Origin: an uncultured Eubacteriales bacterium
Lineage (GTDB): Bacteria > Bacillota > Clostridia > TANB77 > RGIG9151
DNA length: 9,544 nt
NCBI GenBank assembly: GCA_964640345.1
Contig: CAZXFU010000006.1
Location: forward strand, 1-9,544
Direction: 5' to 3'
Numbering within the stretch: position 1 is the stretch's first letter; every line of letters starts with the position of its first letter. Positions 1-7,329 of the stretch are shown one piece after another. The position numbers were made by a program, and so were the translations under genes. The notes beneath the pieces are model-generated. The model made no database searches and was not told where the DNA came from. It was given only the letters and a program-made list of their open reading frames with translations.

Positions 1-270
1 AACTTGATTACTCGAAGCAACCAAAAAACCAACCGGATTTATCGTTACTCCGGCACCACTACCACCGCCAAACGGAAGTTGTTTCTCTTGTTGACCCATA
101 CTAAATTCACTTCCGCCTGCCGCAAATCCAAAAGAAACTTTTGAAATAGGAATAATTGTTGTTCCGTCTGGAATAGTAACGGGATTCCCTACAATAGTAT
201 TTACATCAACCATTTCCTTAATATTACTCATAGCCGATGACATCAAACCATCAATCGGATGTTCGTTCAT
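1..270 (-). CDS. ytfJ: Sporulation protein YtfJ (GerW family). The N-terminal 90 codons are present; the 3' end lies beyond the left window edge.
   Basis: My own reverse-strand translation from the ATG (complement of 268-270) gives MNEHPIDGLMSSAMSNIKEMVDVNTIVGNPVTIPDGTTIIPISKVSFGFAAGGSEFSMGQQEKQLPFGGGSGAGVTINPVGFLVASSNQV. This matches the characteristic YtfJ pattern HPI-GLM...KEM-DVNTI-G-PV..PDG..I-P-SKV-FGFAAGGSEF...LPFGGGSG-GV-I-P-FLV. A GGGGGAG Shine-Dalgarno (complement of 277-283) sits 6 nt upstream. The gene lies directly downstream of a ytfI-like gene, as in Bacillus subtilis ytfIJ. Confidence 0.88.
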   Translation of the reverse strand, partial: MNEHPIDGLMSSAMSNIKEMVDVNTIVGNPVTIPDGTTIIPISKVSFGFAAGGSEFSMGQQEKQLPFGGGSGAGVTINPVGFLVASSNQV

Positions 271-288
271 TTTTCTCTCCCCCTTTTA

Positions 289-879
289 TTATCTTCTTTT
301 AACTTTATTTTTCTCAAACAATAGCTTTATAATTTCAATCGCTCTTACCCTTATTTTTGCATTTGCCTCGAGTTTAACACCATTCCCAGAATACCCTGGG
401 AATACACGATAATTAACAGGTCCTAATATATTATCTGCATACTTTGCTGTAACCATACCCAAAATTGCATTAGCTGCTCCTGTTCCTATTGCTGATAAAG
501 CTGCATTATCAAGATCTAAGCAAAGATTTAGATTCATCGTTTCTAGATACAGATTACTAAAATCAAATCTTTTTAAGATATCCGGTACTTTATCAGATTT
601 TTTTACTTCGCTTTTAGCAAAGTCAATTGGGTCAGCTTTACTCTTTATTATATAGCTTATAACCGTATTCAATTTCTCTTTTATAGATTGCTTCTTTCCC
701 TCATTTTTTATCTTCTTCCTCATACTAAAGACAAGTAATCCGGAGAAAACATAAAATTTTAATCTTAACAAATTGCAATCAGATACATTATCAAACTCTG
801 CGTAAACCTTTATATTTGTTGCACAAAAGATTATAAACAATAACAAAATTCCTGTTAATATGGATAAAAATATTATCAT
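289..879 (-). CDS. DUF2953 / YtfI-like sporulation membrane protein (196 aa)
   Basis: ORF track 289..879. It has an N-terminal hydrophobic segment (MIIFLSILTGILLLFIIFCA) and a strong AAGGAGAGAG Shine-Dalgarno before the ATG at 879. It ends 18 nt upstream of ytfJ, which is the conserved ytfI-ytfJ arrangement. The family call rests mainly on synteny and architecture, not on a motif I can verify by eye. Confidence 0.55.
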   Translation of the reverse strand: MIIFLSILTGILLLFIIFCATNIKVYAEFDNVSDCNLLRLKFYVFSGLLVFSMRKKIKNEGKKQSIKEKLNTVISYIIKSKADPIDFAKSEVKKSDKVPDILKRFDFSNLYLETMNLNLCLDLDNAALSAIGTGAANAILGMVTAKYADNILGPVNYRVFPGYSGNGVKLEANAKIRVRAIEIIKLLFEKNKVKRR

Positions 880-946
880 GTTCTCTCTCCTTGATAAGTT
901 TTCTTACATTCTACATTATCGGTAAATATAAAAAAACATTTAACAG

Positions 947-1507
947 TTACTGTTCCCCCTCAAGGAATTTAGCATTTTCTTCTTTCTTGGTAACATCAAA
1001 CTCCGGCAAATCTTTTAAACTTTTATACCCAAATTTTCTCAAAAATTCCTGCGTTGTAGAATACAGCAGCGGTCTACCTGGCAAATCTGCTCTGCCAATA
1101 TCTTCTATAAGCCCAAACTCAGCCAATGTATTTAGAGCATAATCTGAATTTACGCCTCTTATCTTTTCAACTTCAACCCTTGTTATAGGCTGCTTGTATG
1201 CTACTATAGCCAAAGTCTCCATTGCAGATTGGGAAAGTGCTTTTTTAGGCTTTTTTTCCTGTATTTTTCTTATATATTCATGATATTTAGGCTTTGTACA
1301 CATCTGGAACCCGTCTTCTATCTCTCTAATCGTAACAGGTCTATTTTCTTCATCAAACTGCTTATTTATACCTTTAATATATTCTTTTACATCTTTTGCT
1401 TCTACATTTAGTACATCTGCTATATCTGTACATCTTACTACATTTCCAGCTGCAAACAGCATAGCTTCTATTATCGATTCTTTTTCATCTAATTGCACTT
1501 TTATCAT
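947..1507 (-). CDS. scpB: Segregation and condensation protein B (ScpB), SMC-complex subunit
   Basis: The 186-aa product has the typical ScpB N-terminus (IIEAMLFAAGNVV...) and winged-helix core (LSQSAMETLAIVAYKQPITRVEVEKIRGV...NTL...GLI...GR...PGRPLLY.TT..FL..FG). Its start overlaps the scpA stop in an ATGA junction (1504-1507), the canonical scpA-scpB coupling. Confidence 0.92.
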   Translation of the reverse strand: MIKVQLDEKESIIEAMLFAAGNVVRCTDIADVLNVEAKDVKEYIKGINKQFDEENRPVTIREIEDGFQMCTKPKYHEYIRKIQEKKPKKALSQSAMETLAIVAYKQPITRVEVEKIRGVNSDYALNTLAEFGLIEDIGRADLPGRPLLYSTTQEFLRKFGYKSLKDLPEFDVTKKEENAKFLEGEQ

Positions 1508-2262
1508 TCCATTCTTCTTGTTAATTTTATATCTCCGAAATTATAATCTTGTGAAATATTTACCTTTGAAGCACGGTTTAGCTCAAGCATCGCCATAAAG
1601 GCAGTTATAACTTCAATTTTACTCTTTTCTTTTATATTAAAAACACTATTAAAAATTAAATGACCCTTTTTTAATATTCCTCTTAAAATATCTCTTATTT
1701 TGCTTTTCACTGTAACTTTTTCACTTTCTATTAATCTATGCACATCACTTGCATTACTATTAATTTTTTCAATATTTGCCTTTGCAATCTTCATAAACAC
1801 ACTTGGAATAAGTTCAGAAGAATATGTAACATCTAGCTTGGGTTTTAGCTTAATAAAAGCAATTTTTTCCGGTTCTTTGTAATGAAATTGTGAAAATTTT
1901 TCATCATTTTCACGCATAAGCTCCGTAATCTCTTTTATTCTCTTATATTCTACCAACTTCTTAATCAAGTCCTCTTTTGAAACCTCGTCGTCCTCATTTT
2001 CTTCTTTACTTTGGACCGGCAGTAAAGTCTTAGACTTCAAATACAAAAGATTCGAAGCCATAATTAAAAAATCGCCTGCAATCTCTAAATTCATAGCCTG
2101 CATAGAATTTAAATAATCCACATATTGGTTAGTTATTTCAATTATCGGTATATCATATATGTTCATCTTATTTCTTTCAACCAAATGGCAAAGTAAATCC
2201 AACGGTCCTTCAAAATTATTTATTTTTATTTTATATGAATTCGTTTCACTAAAATTCTCCAT
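1504..2262 (-). CDS. scpA: Segregation and condensation protein A (ScpA), SMC kleisin
   Basis: The 252-aa product carries the hallmark ScpA N-terminal motif FEGPLDLLCHLVERNKMNIYDIPIIEITNQYVDYL (compare B. subtilis FEGPLDLLLHLI...IDIYDIP). It lies immediately upstream of scpB and is translationally coupled to it. Confidence 0.92.
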   Translation of the reverse strand: MENFSETNSYKIKINNFEGPLDLLCHLVERNKMNIYDIPIIEITNQYVDYLNSMQAMNLEIAGDFLIMASNLLYLKSKTLLPVQSKEENEDDEVSKEDLIKKLVEYKRIKEITELMRENDEKFSQFHYKEPEKIAFIKLKPKLDVTYSSELIPSVFMKIAKANIEKINSNASDVHRLIESEKVTVKSKIRDILRGILKKGHLIFNSVFNIKEKSKIEVITAFMAMLELNRASKVNISQDYNFGDIKLTRRME

Positions 2263-3133
2263 CTAACTCTTTTACCTCATTCGTCAAGACTTTTTTTTCA
2301 ACACTTTCCTTATATAAAGCCACAATAGTTAACTTGATTAAATTTATAAATTTATTACTAACAAGCTCAGCCGTTTCTTTAACTTCATCATGAGATAATG
2401 GATCCGCTAAAATTCCAGCAGCCATGTTTGTTATACAAGAAATTGCAACAACTCTTAAGTTAGAATGGTGTGCTACTATAGCTTCCGGAACAGTAGACAT
2501 CCCGACAGCATCTGCTCCGAGCGTTCTAAGTGCTTTTACCTCACTAGGTGTTTCATAATTAGGCCCTTGCAAATACGCATAAACTCCCTCATTTATATTT
2601 ATTCCGAGTTCCTCTGAACTTTTCTCAATAATACGCAAAATATTTCTATCATACACATTAGACATATCCGGAAATCTAGGGCCAAATTCATCCAAATTTT
2701 TTCCTCTTAAAGGCGATACACCAGAAAAATTTATATGATCACTAATAAGCATAAGGTCTCCAGGGACATAATTCAGATTAATACCACCAGCAGCATTTGT
2801 TAATATTAAATTTTTTATACCCATTTTCGCAAAAATACGTACAGGAAAAGTAACCTGAGCCATATCATATCCCTCATAATAATGGAATCTTCCATTCATT
2901 ACCAATACAGGGATATAATTTATCTTACCGTAAATAAGTTCGCCCGCATGACCTACAACCGTTGACTCAGGGAAATGCGGTATTTCCTTATACGGTATAA
3001 CTATCCTATTTTCAAGTTCTTCTGCAAACAATCCTAAGCCGGAGCCTAAAACTATAGCTGTTTCAGGTATTCCTGGAATTCTAGCCATAATATATTCAAC
3101 CGTTTCTGTAAACCACTCATTAGGAATATTCAT
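2249..3133 (-). CDS. punA: Purine nucleoside phosphorylase, trimeric PunA/PNP type (294 aa)
   Basis: PNP family motifs are present: IVLGSGLG, GHAGELIYG, GRFHYYEG, TNAAGG, YETPSE and GADAVGMSTVPE. An AGAGGCGGA-type ribosome-binding site precedes the ATG at 3133. The 3' end overlaps the scpA start by 14 nt. Confidence 0.9.
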   Translation of the reverse strand: MNIPNEWFTETVEYIMARIPGIPETAIVLGSGLGLFAEELENRIVIPYKEIPHFPESTVVGHAGELIYGKINYIPVLVMNGRFHYYEGYDMAQVTFPVRIFAKMGIKNLILTNAAGGINLNYVPGDLMLISDHINFSGVSPLRGKNLDEFGPRFPDMSNVYDRNILRIIEKSSEELGININEGVYAYLQGPNYETPSEVKALRTLGADAVGMSTVPEAIVAHHSNLRVVAISCITNMAAGILADPLSHDEVKETAELVSNKFINLIKLTIVALYKESVEKKVLTNEVKELDGEF

Positions 3134-3154
3134 CTTTTCCGCCTCTCTTTACAA

Positions 3155-3628
3155 TTAAATTTCTTCCTCATTATCTTTTAATATTCTTATTGCTTTATTA
3201 ATATCTGCTAAAGAAAAACCTTTTCTCACACAATATAATTTTATCTTATTTTTCTCATCAAAATCTATAGTTTTTAAAAATTTCTTTTTTTCAAGTATTT
3301 TCATTATTGCATCAATATCAGTTATTTCCGGATTATTAAAATATTTTTCTATAAGTTCATCTGATATTCCCTTATTCTTCAGTTTCAATCTTAGCATATT
3401 CTTTGAAAGTTTTTTAGTCTTTTTATTACTTTCTATATTTTTTTTTACATATTCTTCATCACTTATATACTCAAGCTGAATTAAATCACTAATAACCATA
3501 GTAATTTCTTTTTCTGGGAATTCCAATTTTTTTAATTTGTTGTAAACTTCAGTACTTGTTCTCATTTTATACATTATATATTTTATGGCACATGTTCTTG
3601 CCTTTATATATTCTTTCGATTTCTCCAT
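3155..3628 (-). CDS. recX: RecA regulator RecX (short 157-aa form)
   Basis: The product is all-helical and Lys/Glu-rich with the three-repeat RecX pattern: A..YI..K.RT..EV..KL; LEYISDEEYVKK; LSKNMLRLKLKNKGISDELIEKY; KLYCVRKGFSLADINKAI. It is the first gene downstream of recA. A GGAGG Shine-Dalgarno (complement of 3634-3638) lies 5 nt before the ATG at 3628. Confidence 0.8.
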   Translation of the reverse strand: MEKSKEYIKARTCAIKYIMYKMRTSTEVYNKLKKLEFPEKEITMVISDLIQLEYISDEEYVKKNIESNKKTKKLSKNMLRLKLKNKGISDELIEKYFNNPEITDIDAIMKILEKKKFLKTIDFDEKNKIKLYCVRKGFSLADINKAIRILKDNEEEI

Positions 3629-3818
3629 TTTAACCTCCAGGTTCTAAGAAAGGTGGAATGTCCACTCTATGTCGCTTCGCGACAAAATATTAAGGTATCT
3701 TTCGCACTCTATGAAAGTGTTTATTGCTAAATCAAAGATTTAGGCAAACAACTTTTGGTAATAGAAATTTTTTTATTGCTCGTTTCACTCGCTTTTTTAT
3801 AGGAATTTCCTATTACAT

Positions 3819-3849
3819 AAAAAAGAAGAGATAGGTGCATAAACCTACC
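3819..3849 (-). terminator. Candidate intrinsic terminator downstream of recA
   Basis: The minus-strand RNA reads GGUAGGU-UUAUGC-ACCUAUC. This is a 7-bp stem with one G-U pair and a 6-nt loop, followed by CUCUUCUUUUUUAU. It begins 20 nt after the recA stop. Stem strength is modest, and it overlaps the start of a possible sORF (see findings). Confidence 0.4.
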
Positions 3850-3868
3850 CCCTCCTTATGTATTTTAT

Positions 3869-4924
3869 CTATTCTTCTGTTTCTTCCGTAACTTCTTCTT
3901 CACTTCCTATACCTTTTGCAAAAGCTTCAGAGAAATTGTCTCTAACTTTCTTCTCAATTTCTGCCATAAGTAAAGGATTATCTTTTAAATATTGCTTTGC
4001 GTTGTCTCTTCCTTGTGCAAGTCTTTCTCCATTATATGAGAACCATGAACCGCTTTTATTAACAATATCTAAATTAGACGCAATATCTAGAATATTACCT
4101 TCCTTTGAAATTCCTTCGCCATACATTATGTCAAATTCTGCTTCTCTAAAAGGCGGTGCTACTTTGTTTTTTACAACTTTAACTCTTGTTTTGCTTCCGA
4201 TAACCTGATCTGCTCTTTTTAACGTTTCAATCTTTCTTACATCAAGTCTAACTGAAGAGTAAAATTTAAGTGCTCTACCACCAGGAGTTGTTTCAGGATT
4301 TCCGAACATAACGCCTACTTTTTCTCTTAACTGGTTTATAAAAATTACAGTTGTTTTCGATTTATTTATTACACCGGTTAACTTTCTTAAAGCCTGAGAC
4401 ATAAGTCTAGCTTGTAAGCCTACAAATGCGTCTCCCATTTCGCCGTCAATTTCAGCCTTAGGAACAAGTGCCGCAACAGAATCGACAACCACAACGTCTA
4501 TCGCTCCGCTTCTTACAAGAGCTTCACAAATTTCCAAAGCTTGCTCACCTGTGTCTGGTTGAGAAACAATTAAATTATCTATATTAACTCCAAGTTTTTT
4601 AGCATAAACAGGGTCAAGAGCATGTTCCGCATCAATAAACGCAGCTTCCCCACTGGCTTTCTGAGCTTCTGCAATAACATGAAGAGCAACAGTCGTCTTA
4701 CCGGAAGACTCAGGTCCAAATATTTCAACCACTCTTCCTCTTGGTACACCACCGATACCAAGTGCAATATCCAAACTTAAAGCACCGGTAGGTATCGCTT
4801 CTACATTCATTGCAGTTACCTCTCCCAGCTTCATAACAGCCCCTTTACCAAATTGCTTTTCTATCTGAGCCATAGCCGCTTCTAATGCTTTTTTTCTTTC
4901 ATCATTCATTGTATCTTTAGCCAT
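3869..4924 (-). CDS. recA: Recombinase RecA (351 aa)
   Basis: This is an unmistakable RecA: [23 protein letters not shown], Walker [19 protein letters not shown], Walker [11 protein letters not shown] and [37 protein letters not shown] place the start at the ATG at 4924 ([14 protein letters not shown]...), 7 nt after a GGAGGA Shine-Dalgarno. The upstream in-frame ATG at 4957 used by the ORF track has no ribosome-binding site. Confidence 0.97.
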   Translation of the reverse strand: MAKDTMNDERKKALEAAMAQIEKQFGKGAVMKLGEVTAMNVEAIPTGALSLDIALGIGGVPRGRVVEIFGPESSGKTTVALHVIAEAQKASGEAAFIDAEHALDPVYAKKLGVNIDNLIVSQPDTGEQALEICEALVRSGAIDVVVVDSVAALVPKAEIDGEMGDAFVGLQARLMSQALRKLTGVINKSKTTVIFINQLREKVGVMFGNPETTPGGRALKFYSSVRLDVRKIETLKRADQVIGSKTRVKVVKNKVAPPFREAEFDIMYGEGISKEGNILDIASNLDIVNKSGSWFSYNGERLAQGRDNAKQYLKDNPLLMAEIEKKVRDNFSEAFAKGIGSEEEVTEETEE

Positions 4925-4974
4925 AATTATCCTCCATTCTGACAACAAGGTCAGCAAAAATTTTTCATCTGCTT

Positions 4975-4986
4975 GAACATTTGTTC
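4975..4986 (-). promoter_or_regulatory. LexA (DinR) operator / Cheo box GAACATTTGTTC
   Basis: This is a perfect GAAC-N4-GTTC palindrome, the Gram-positive SOS-box consensus. It lies immediately downstream of the recA -10 hexamer and so overlaps the predicted transcription start. Confidence 0.75.
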
Positions 4987-4993
4987 TACAACG

Positions 4994-5022
4994 ATTATAT
5001 TTCCTGTGGCGAAAATTGTCAA
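4994..5022 (-). promoter_or_regulatory. recA sigma-A promoter: TTGACA-17 nt-TATAAT
   Basis: On the minus strand, TTGACA (complement of 5017-5022) is followed by a 17-nt spacer (5000-5016) and then TATAAT (complement of 4994-4999). Both hexamers match consensus at 6/6 with optimal spacing, about 70 nt upstream of the recA ATG. Confidence 0.75.
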
Positions 5023-5030
5023 TATATTTT

Positions 5031-5046
5031 TCGAAAATATTTTCGA
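5031..5046. repeat. Perfect 16-bp palindrome TCGAAAATATTTTCGA just upstream of the recA -35; function unknown
   Basis: Read directly from the sequence. The core CGAAAATATTTTCG differs from the Cheo-box CGAAC-N4-GTTCG only at the symmetric C/G positions. A third TCGA follows at 5053-5056. Confidence 0.9.
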
Positions 5047-5126
5047 TTTTATTCGACGCTTTTTTACATACAATAATTCTTCATTTGTCTTTTATTTCCT
5101 TTTATAAAGTTATACAAACACCTATG

Positions 5127-7307
5127 TTAAATAAAATCCGGTTCCATAAGCATCTCCTTTAGCCCGGAATATCTCTCTTTTTTATTAATATTTCTAACCA
5201 TATACTCAATGCTAGCCAAATTCCCGACAAATACCAAAAGTTCCTTAGCTCTTGTCATAGCAGTATATAAAAGGTTTCTAGTCATAAGCTTCTGACCGCC
5301 CATAAAAACAGGAATAACAACCACAGGGAATTCGCTTCCTTGACTTTTATGAATGGTTGTAGCGAAAGCATGATCAAGTTCCTCAAGCTGAACACTGTCA
5401 TACCAAACTTCTTTTCCGTCATCAAATTCAACCAAAATATCTTCGCTTTCAACATCAATAGCTTTTATTCTTCCTATATCGCCGTTATAAACTCCGTACC
5501 CCTTTTCTGGTCCGTTATCCCACTCTATATCATAATTATTCTTTATCTGCATAACCTTATCTGCAACTCTAAAAACCTTATCTCCCACAACGATTTGCTT
5601 TTTGTAAGATGCATAAGGATTTAAAACCTTTTGTAACTCCTTATTTAAGTTGTTTGCCCCTAAGACACCCTTTCTCATAGGCGTAATAACCTGAATATCC
5701 TCTATAGAATTACACTCCTTAAAATTCGGCAATCTCTCTGAAACAAGCTCTGTTAACCTTACTATAATATCATTATAAGAGCCGGCATTAACCAAAAAAC
5801 TATCGCTTTCTTTCTCGTTAAATCTCGGCATTTCGCCAACATTTATACTATGTGCGTTAACAACAATCATACTTTCTCCTGCCTGCCTGAAAATCTTCGT
5901 AAGCTTAAAAACATTAACACATCCGGACTCTATAATATCTTTTAAAACATTCCCAGGTCCAACAGACGGCAACTGGTCTACATCTCCAACCAAAATAAGT
6001 GTAGTAGAAGCATTTAACGCCTTTAATAAATTATTCATAAGAATCACATCAATCATTGACACTTCATCAACAATAACAACATCCGCGTCCAAAGGCTCTA
6101 TTGATAAATTTGCCAAAGCATTTCTGTCGTCATCATCTATATGCTTTATTTCAAGCAATCTATGAATCGTCTTTGCTTCAACACCGGAAGCCTCAGATAA
6201 CCTCTTTGCCGCTCTTCCGGTGGGTGCACAAAGCACAACATTAGCATTAAATTCTTCAAGAGTCTTTATTATAGCCTTTATTATCGTAGTCTTTCCAGTA
6301 CCCGGTCCACCAGTAATAACAGACACCTGAGAATCAAATACACTCTTTACACATCTTATTTGCTCATCCGCCAGCTCAATACCGTTATCCAACTTTTCCA
6401 CAACGCTTTTTATGTTAAATTTTCCCTTAGTTTCAGATAAATTTTTTATGCAAAAAGAAATATTTTTTTCTGCATTATATAAGCTCGTTAAATAAATCTT
6501 ATCCACATTATAAATCTTTATCTTTCCATCAATAGCCAAGCCCGAAATCGCAGACTCAATCGAATCAACATCAACATTTAAAAAATCAATCAAGTAATTT
6601 ATAACATGCTCTTTTGGTAAATATGTATGTCCCTCATATGAAGCCAGATTCAGCACATACTTTATCCCGGCAGCCACTCTCATAAAATTGTTGGCGGGAA
6701 TTCCTACGTTATTTGCAATATTGTCAGCATTCTTAAAAGAAATTCCCCTGCAAATCTCCAAAATAATATACGGATTGGATTTAACCATATCAAGTGCACC
6801 AGTGCCAAGTTCTTTATATAATTTTACTATATTCTTATTTCCTATTCCGTAGTCGCTCAAAAACGAAGTAAACTTCCACAAATCCCACTGCTCGTTTAAA
6901 GCCCGGCTCATTGAAATCGCTTTTTCCATATTTATTCCTTTTACTTCAATAAGCCTCTCGGGAGTATTTCTAATAACCTCAATGGTCTCTTCTTTAAACT
7001 TATTAACAAGTTTTTTTGCCGTCACAATTCCAACACCCTTTATAATGCCGGATGCCAAATACTTTTCAATCGCCGGAATCCCTTTTGGCATAATCTTCTC
7101 AAAAGTTTCAACTTTAAGTTGCTTTCCATAATCAGGATGATTTACCCAGTTTCCAAAAATTTTAACTTCTTCACCTTCTTGAACATACGGTAAAAAGCCG
7201 ACAACAGTCACATCCTCGTCATCAGCTCCAGAAATATTACAAATAGTATAACCGCTTATTTCGTTCCTATATATAATTGCCACAATTTCTCCGGTAAGCT
7301 CAATCAT
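5127..7307 (-). CDS. recD2: ATP-dependent RecD2-type (RecD-like/YrrC) SF1B DNA helicase (726 aa from the proposed start)
   Basis: SF1 helicase motifs are present: Walker A ITGGPGTGKTT, LCAPTGRAAKRL, Walker B VVIVDEVSMID, LVGDVDQLPSVGPG, IFRQ and ATTIHKSQGSEFPVV...LLYTAMTRAK. It also has the RecD2-type N-terminal OB/HhH region (GIGIVTAKKLV). I prefer the ATG at 7307 (MIELTGEIVAIIYRNE...), preceded by AGAGG. The ORF-track start at 7340 would overlap the upstream gene and adds an implausible MYYKFFYRGFF leader. Confidence 0.9.
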   Translation of the reverse strand: MIELTGEIVAIIYRNEISGYTICNISGADDEDVTVVGFLPYVQEGEEVKIFGNWVNHPDYGKQLKVETFEKIMPKGIPAIEKYLASGIIKGVGIVTAKKLVNKFKEETIEVIRNTPERLIEVKGINMEKAISMSRALNEQWDLWKFTSFLSDYGIGNKNIVKLYKELGTGALDMVKSNPYIILEICRGISFKNADNIANNVGIPANNFMRVAAGIKYVLNLASYEGHTYLPKEHVINYLIDFLNVDVDSIESAISGLAIDGKIKIYNVDKIYLTSLYNAEKNISFCIKNLSETKGKFNIKSVVEKLDNGIELADEQIRCVKSVFDSQVSVITGGPGTGKTTIIKAIIKTLEEFNANVVLCAPTGRAAKRLSEASGVEAKTIHRLLEIKHIDDDDRNALANLSIEPLDADVVIVDEVSMIDVILMNNLLKALNASTTLILVGDVDQLPSVGPGNVLKDIIESGCVNVFKLTKIFRQAGESMIVVNAHSINVGEMPRFNEKESDSFLVNAGSYNDIIVRLTELVSERLPNFKECNSIEDIQVITPMRKGVLGANNLNKELQKVLNPYASYKKQIVVGDKVFRVADKVMQIKNNYDIEWDNGPEKGYGVYNGDIGRIKAIDVESEDILVEFDDGKEVWYDSVQLEELDHAFATTIHKSQGSEFPVVVIPVFMGGQKLMTRNLLYTAMTRAKELLVFVGNLASIEYMVRNINKKERYSGLKEMLMEPDFI

Positions 7308-7329
7308 AAAAAAACCTCTATAAAAAAAT

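Noticed and set aside
880-946. Sporulation-sigma (sigma-F/G/E) promoter upstream of the ytfI-like gene
   Set aside because: B. subtilis ytfIJ is forespore-expressed, so I looked for GHATR-N17/18-CATNNTA and sigma-F or sigma-E type elements. I found only partial hexamer matches (for example GAATG with no properly spaced -10), which is not enough to call.
891-1142. Plus-strand ORFs 891..1142, 1229..1411 and 1700..1882
   Set aside because: These are antisense shadow ORFs inside scpB and scpA. Their products are low-complexity F/L/I/S-rich sequences typical of the reverse frame of AT-rich genes, with no ribosome-binding sites.
3858-4208. Plus-strand 116-aa ORF antisense to the recA 3' end
   Set aside because: It lies almost entirely within the unmistakable recA CDS on the opposite strand. 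Its Ser/Leu-rich product has no recognisable features.
4579-4767. Minus-strand 62-aa ORF nested in recA in another frame
   Set aside because: It is an out-of-frame overlap with the conserved RecA core (the Walker A region). There is no independent signal.
4925-4957. N-terminal extension [11 protein letters not shown] of RecA from the ORF track
   Set aside because: The extension would include the GGAGGA Shine-Dalgarno as coding sequence. RecA proteins typically begin around MAKD.../...KAL..A...IEKQFGKG. The ATG at 4924 has proper ribosome-binding-site spacing.
5031-5046. TCGAAAATATTTTCGA hairpin as the recD2 terminator
   Set aside because: On the minus-strand transcript the hairpin is followed by AAAAAUAU rather than a U-tract. 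The T-tract is on the plus strand, where no gene is transcribed toward it.
5340-5624. Plus-strand ORFs 5340..5624 (in recD2) and 7360..7614 (in hlyIII)
   Set aside because: These are antisense shadows of well-supported genes and show no start-site signals.
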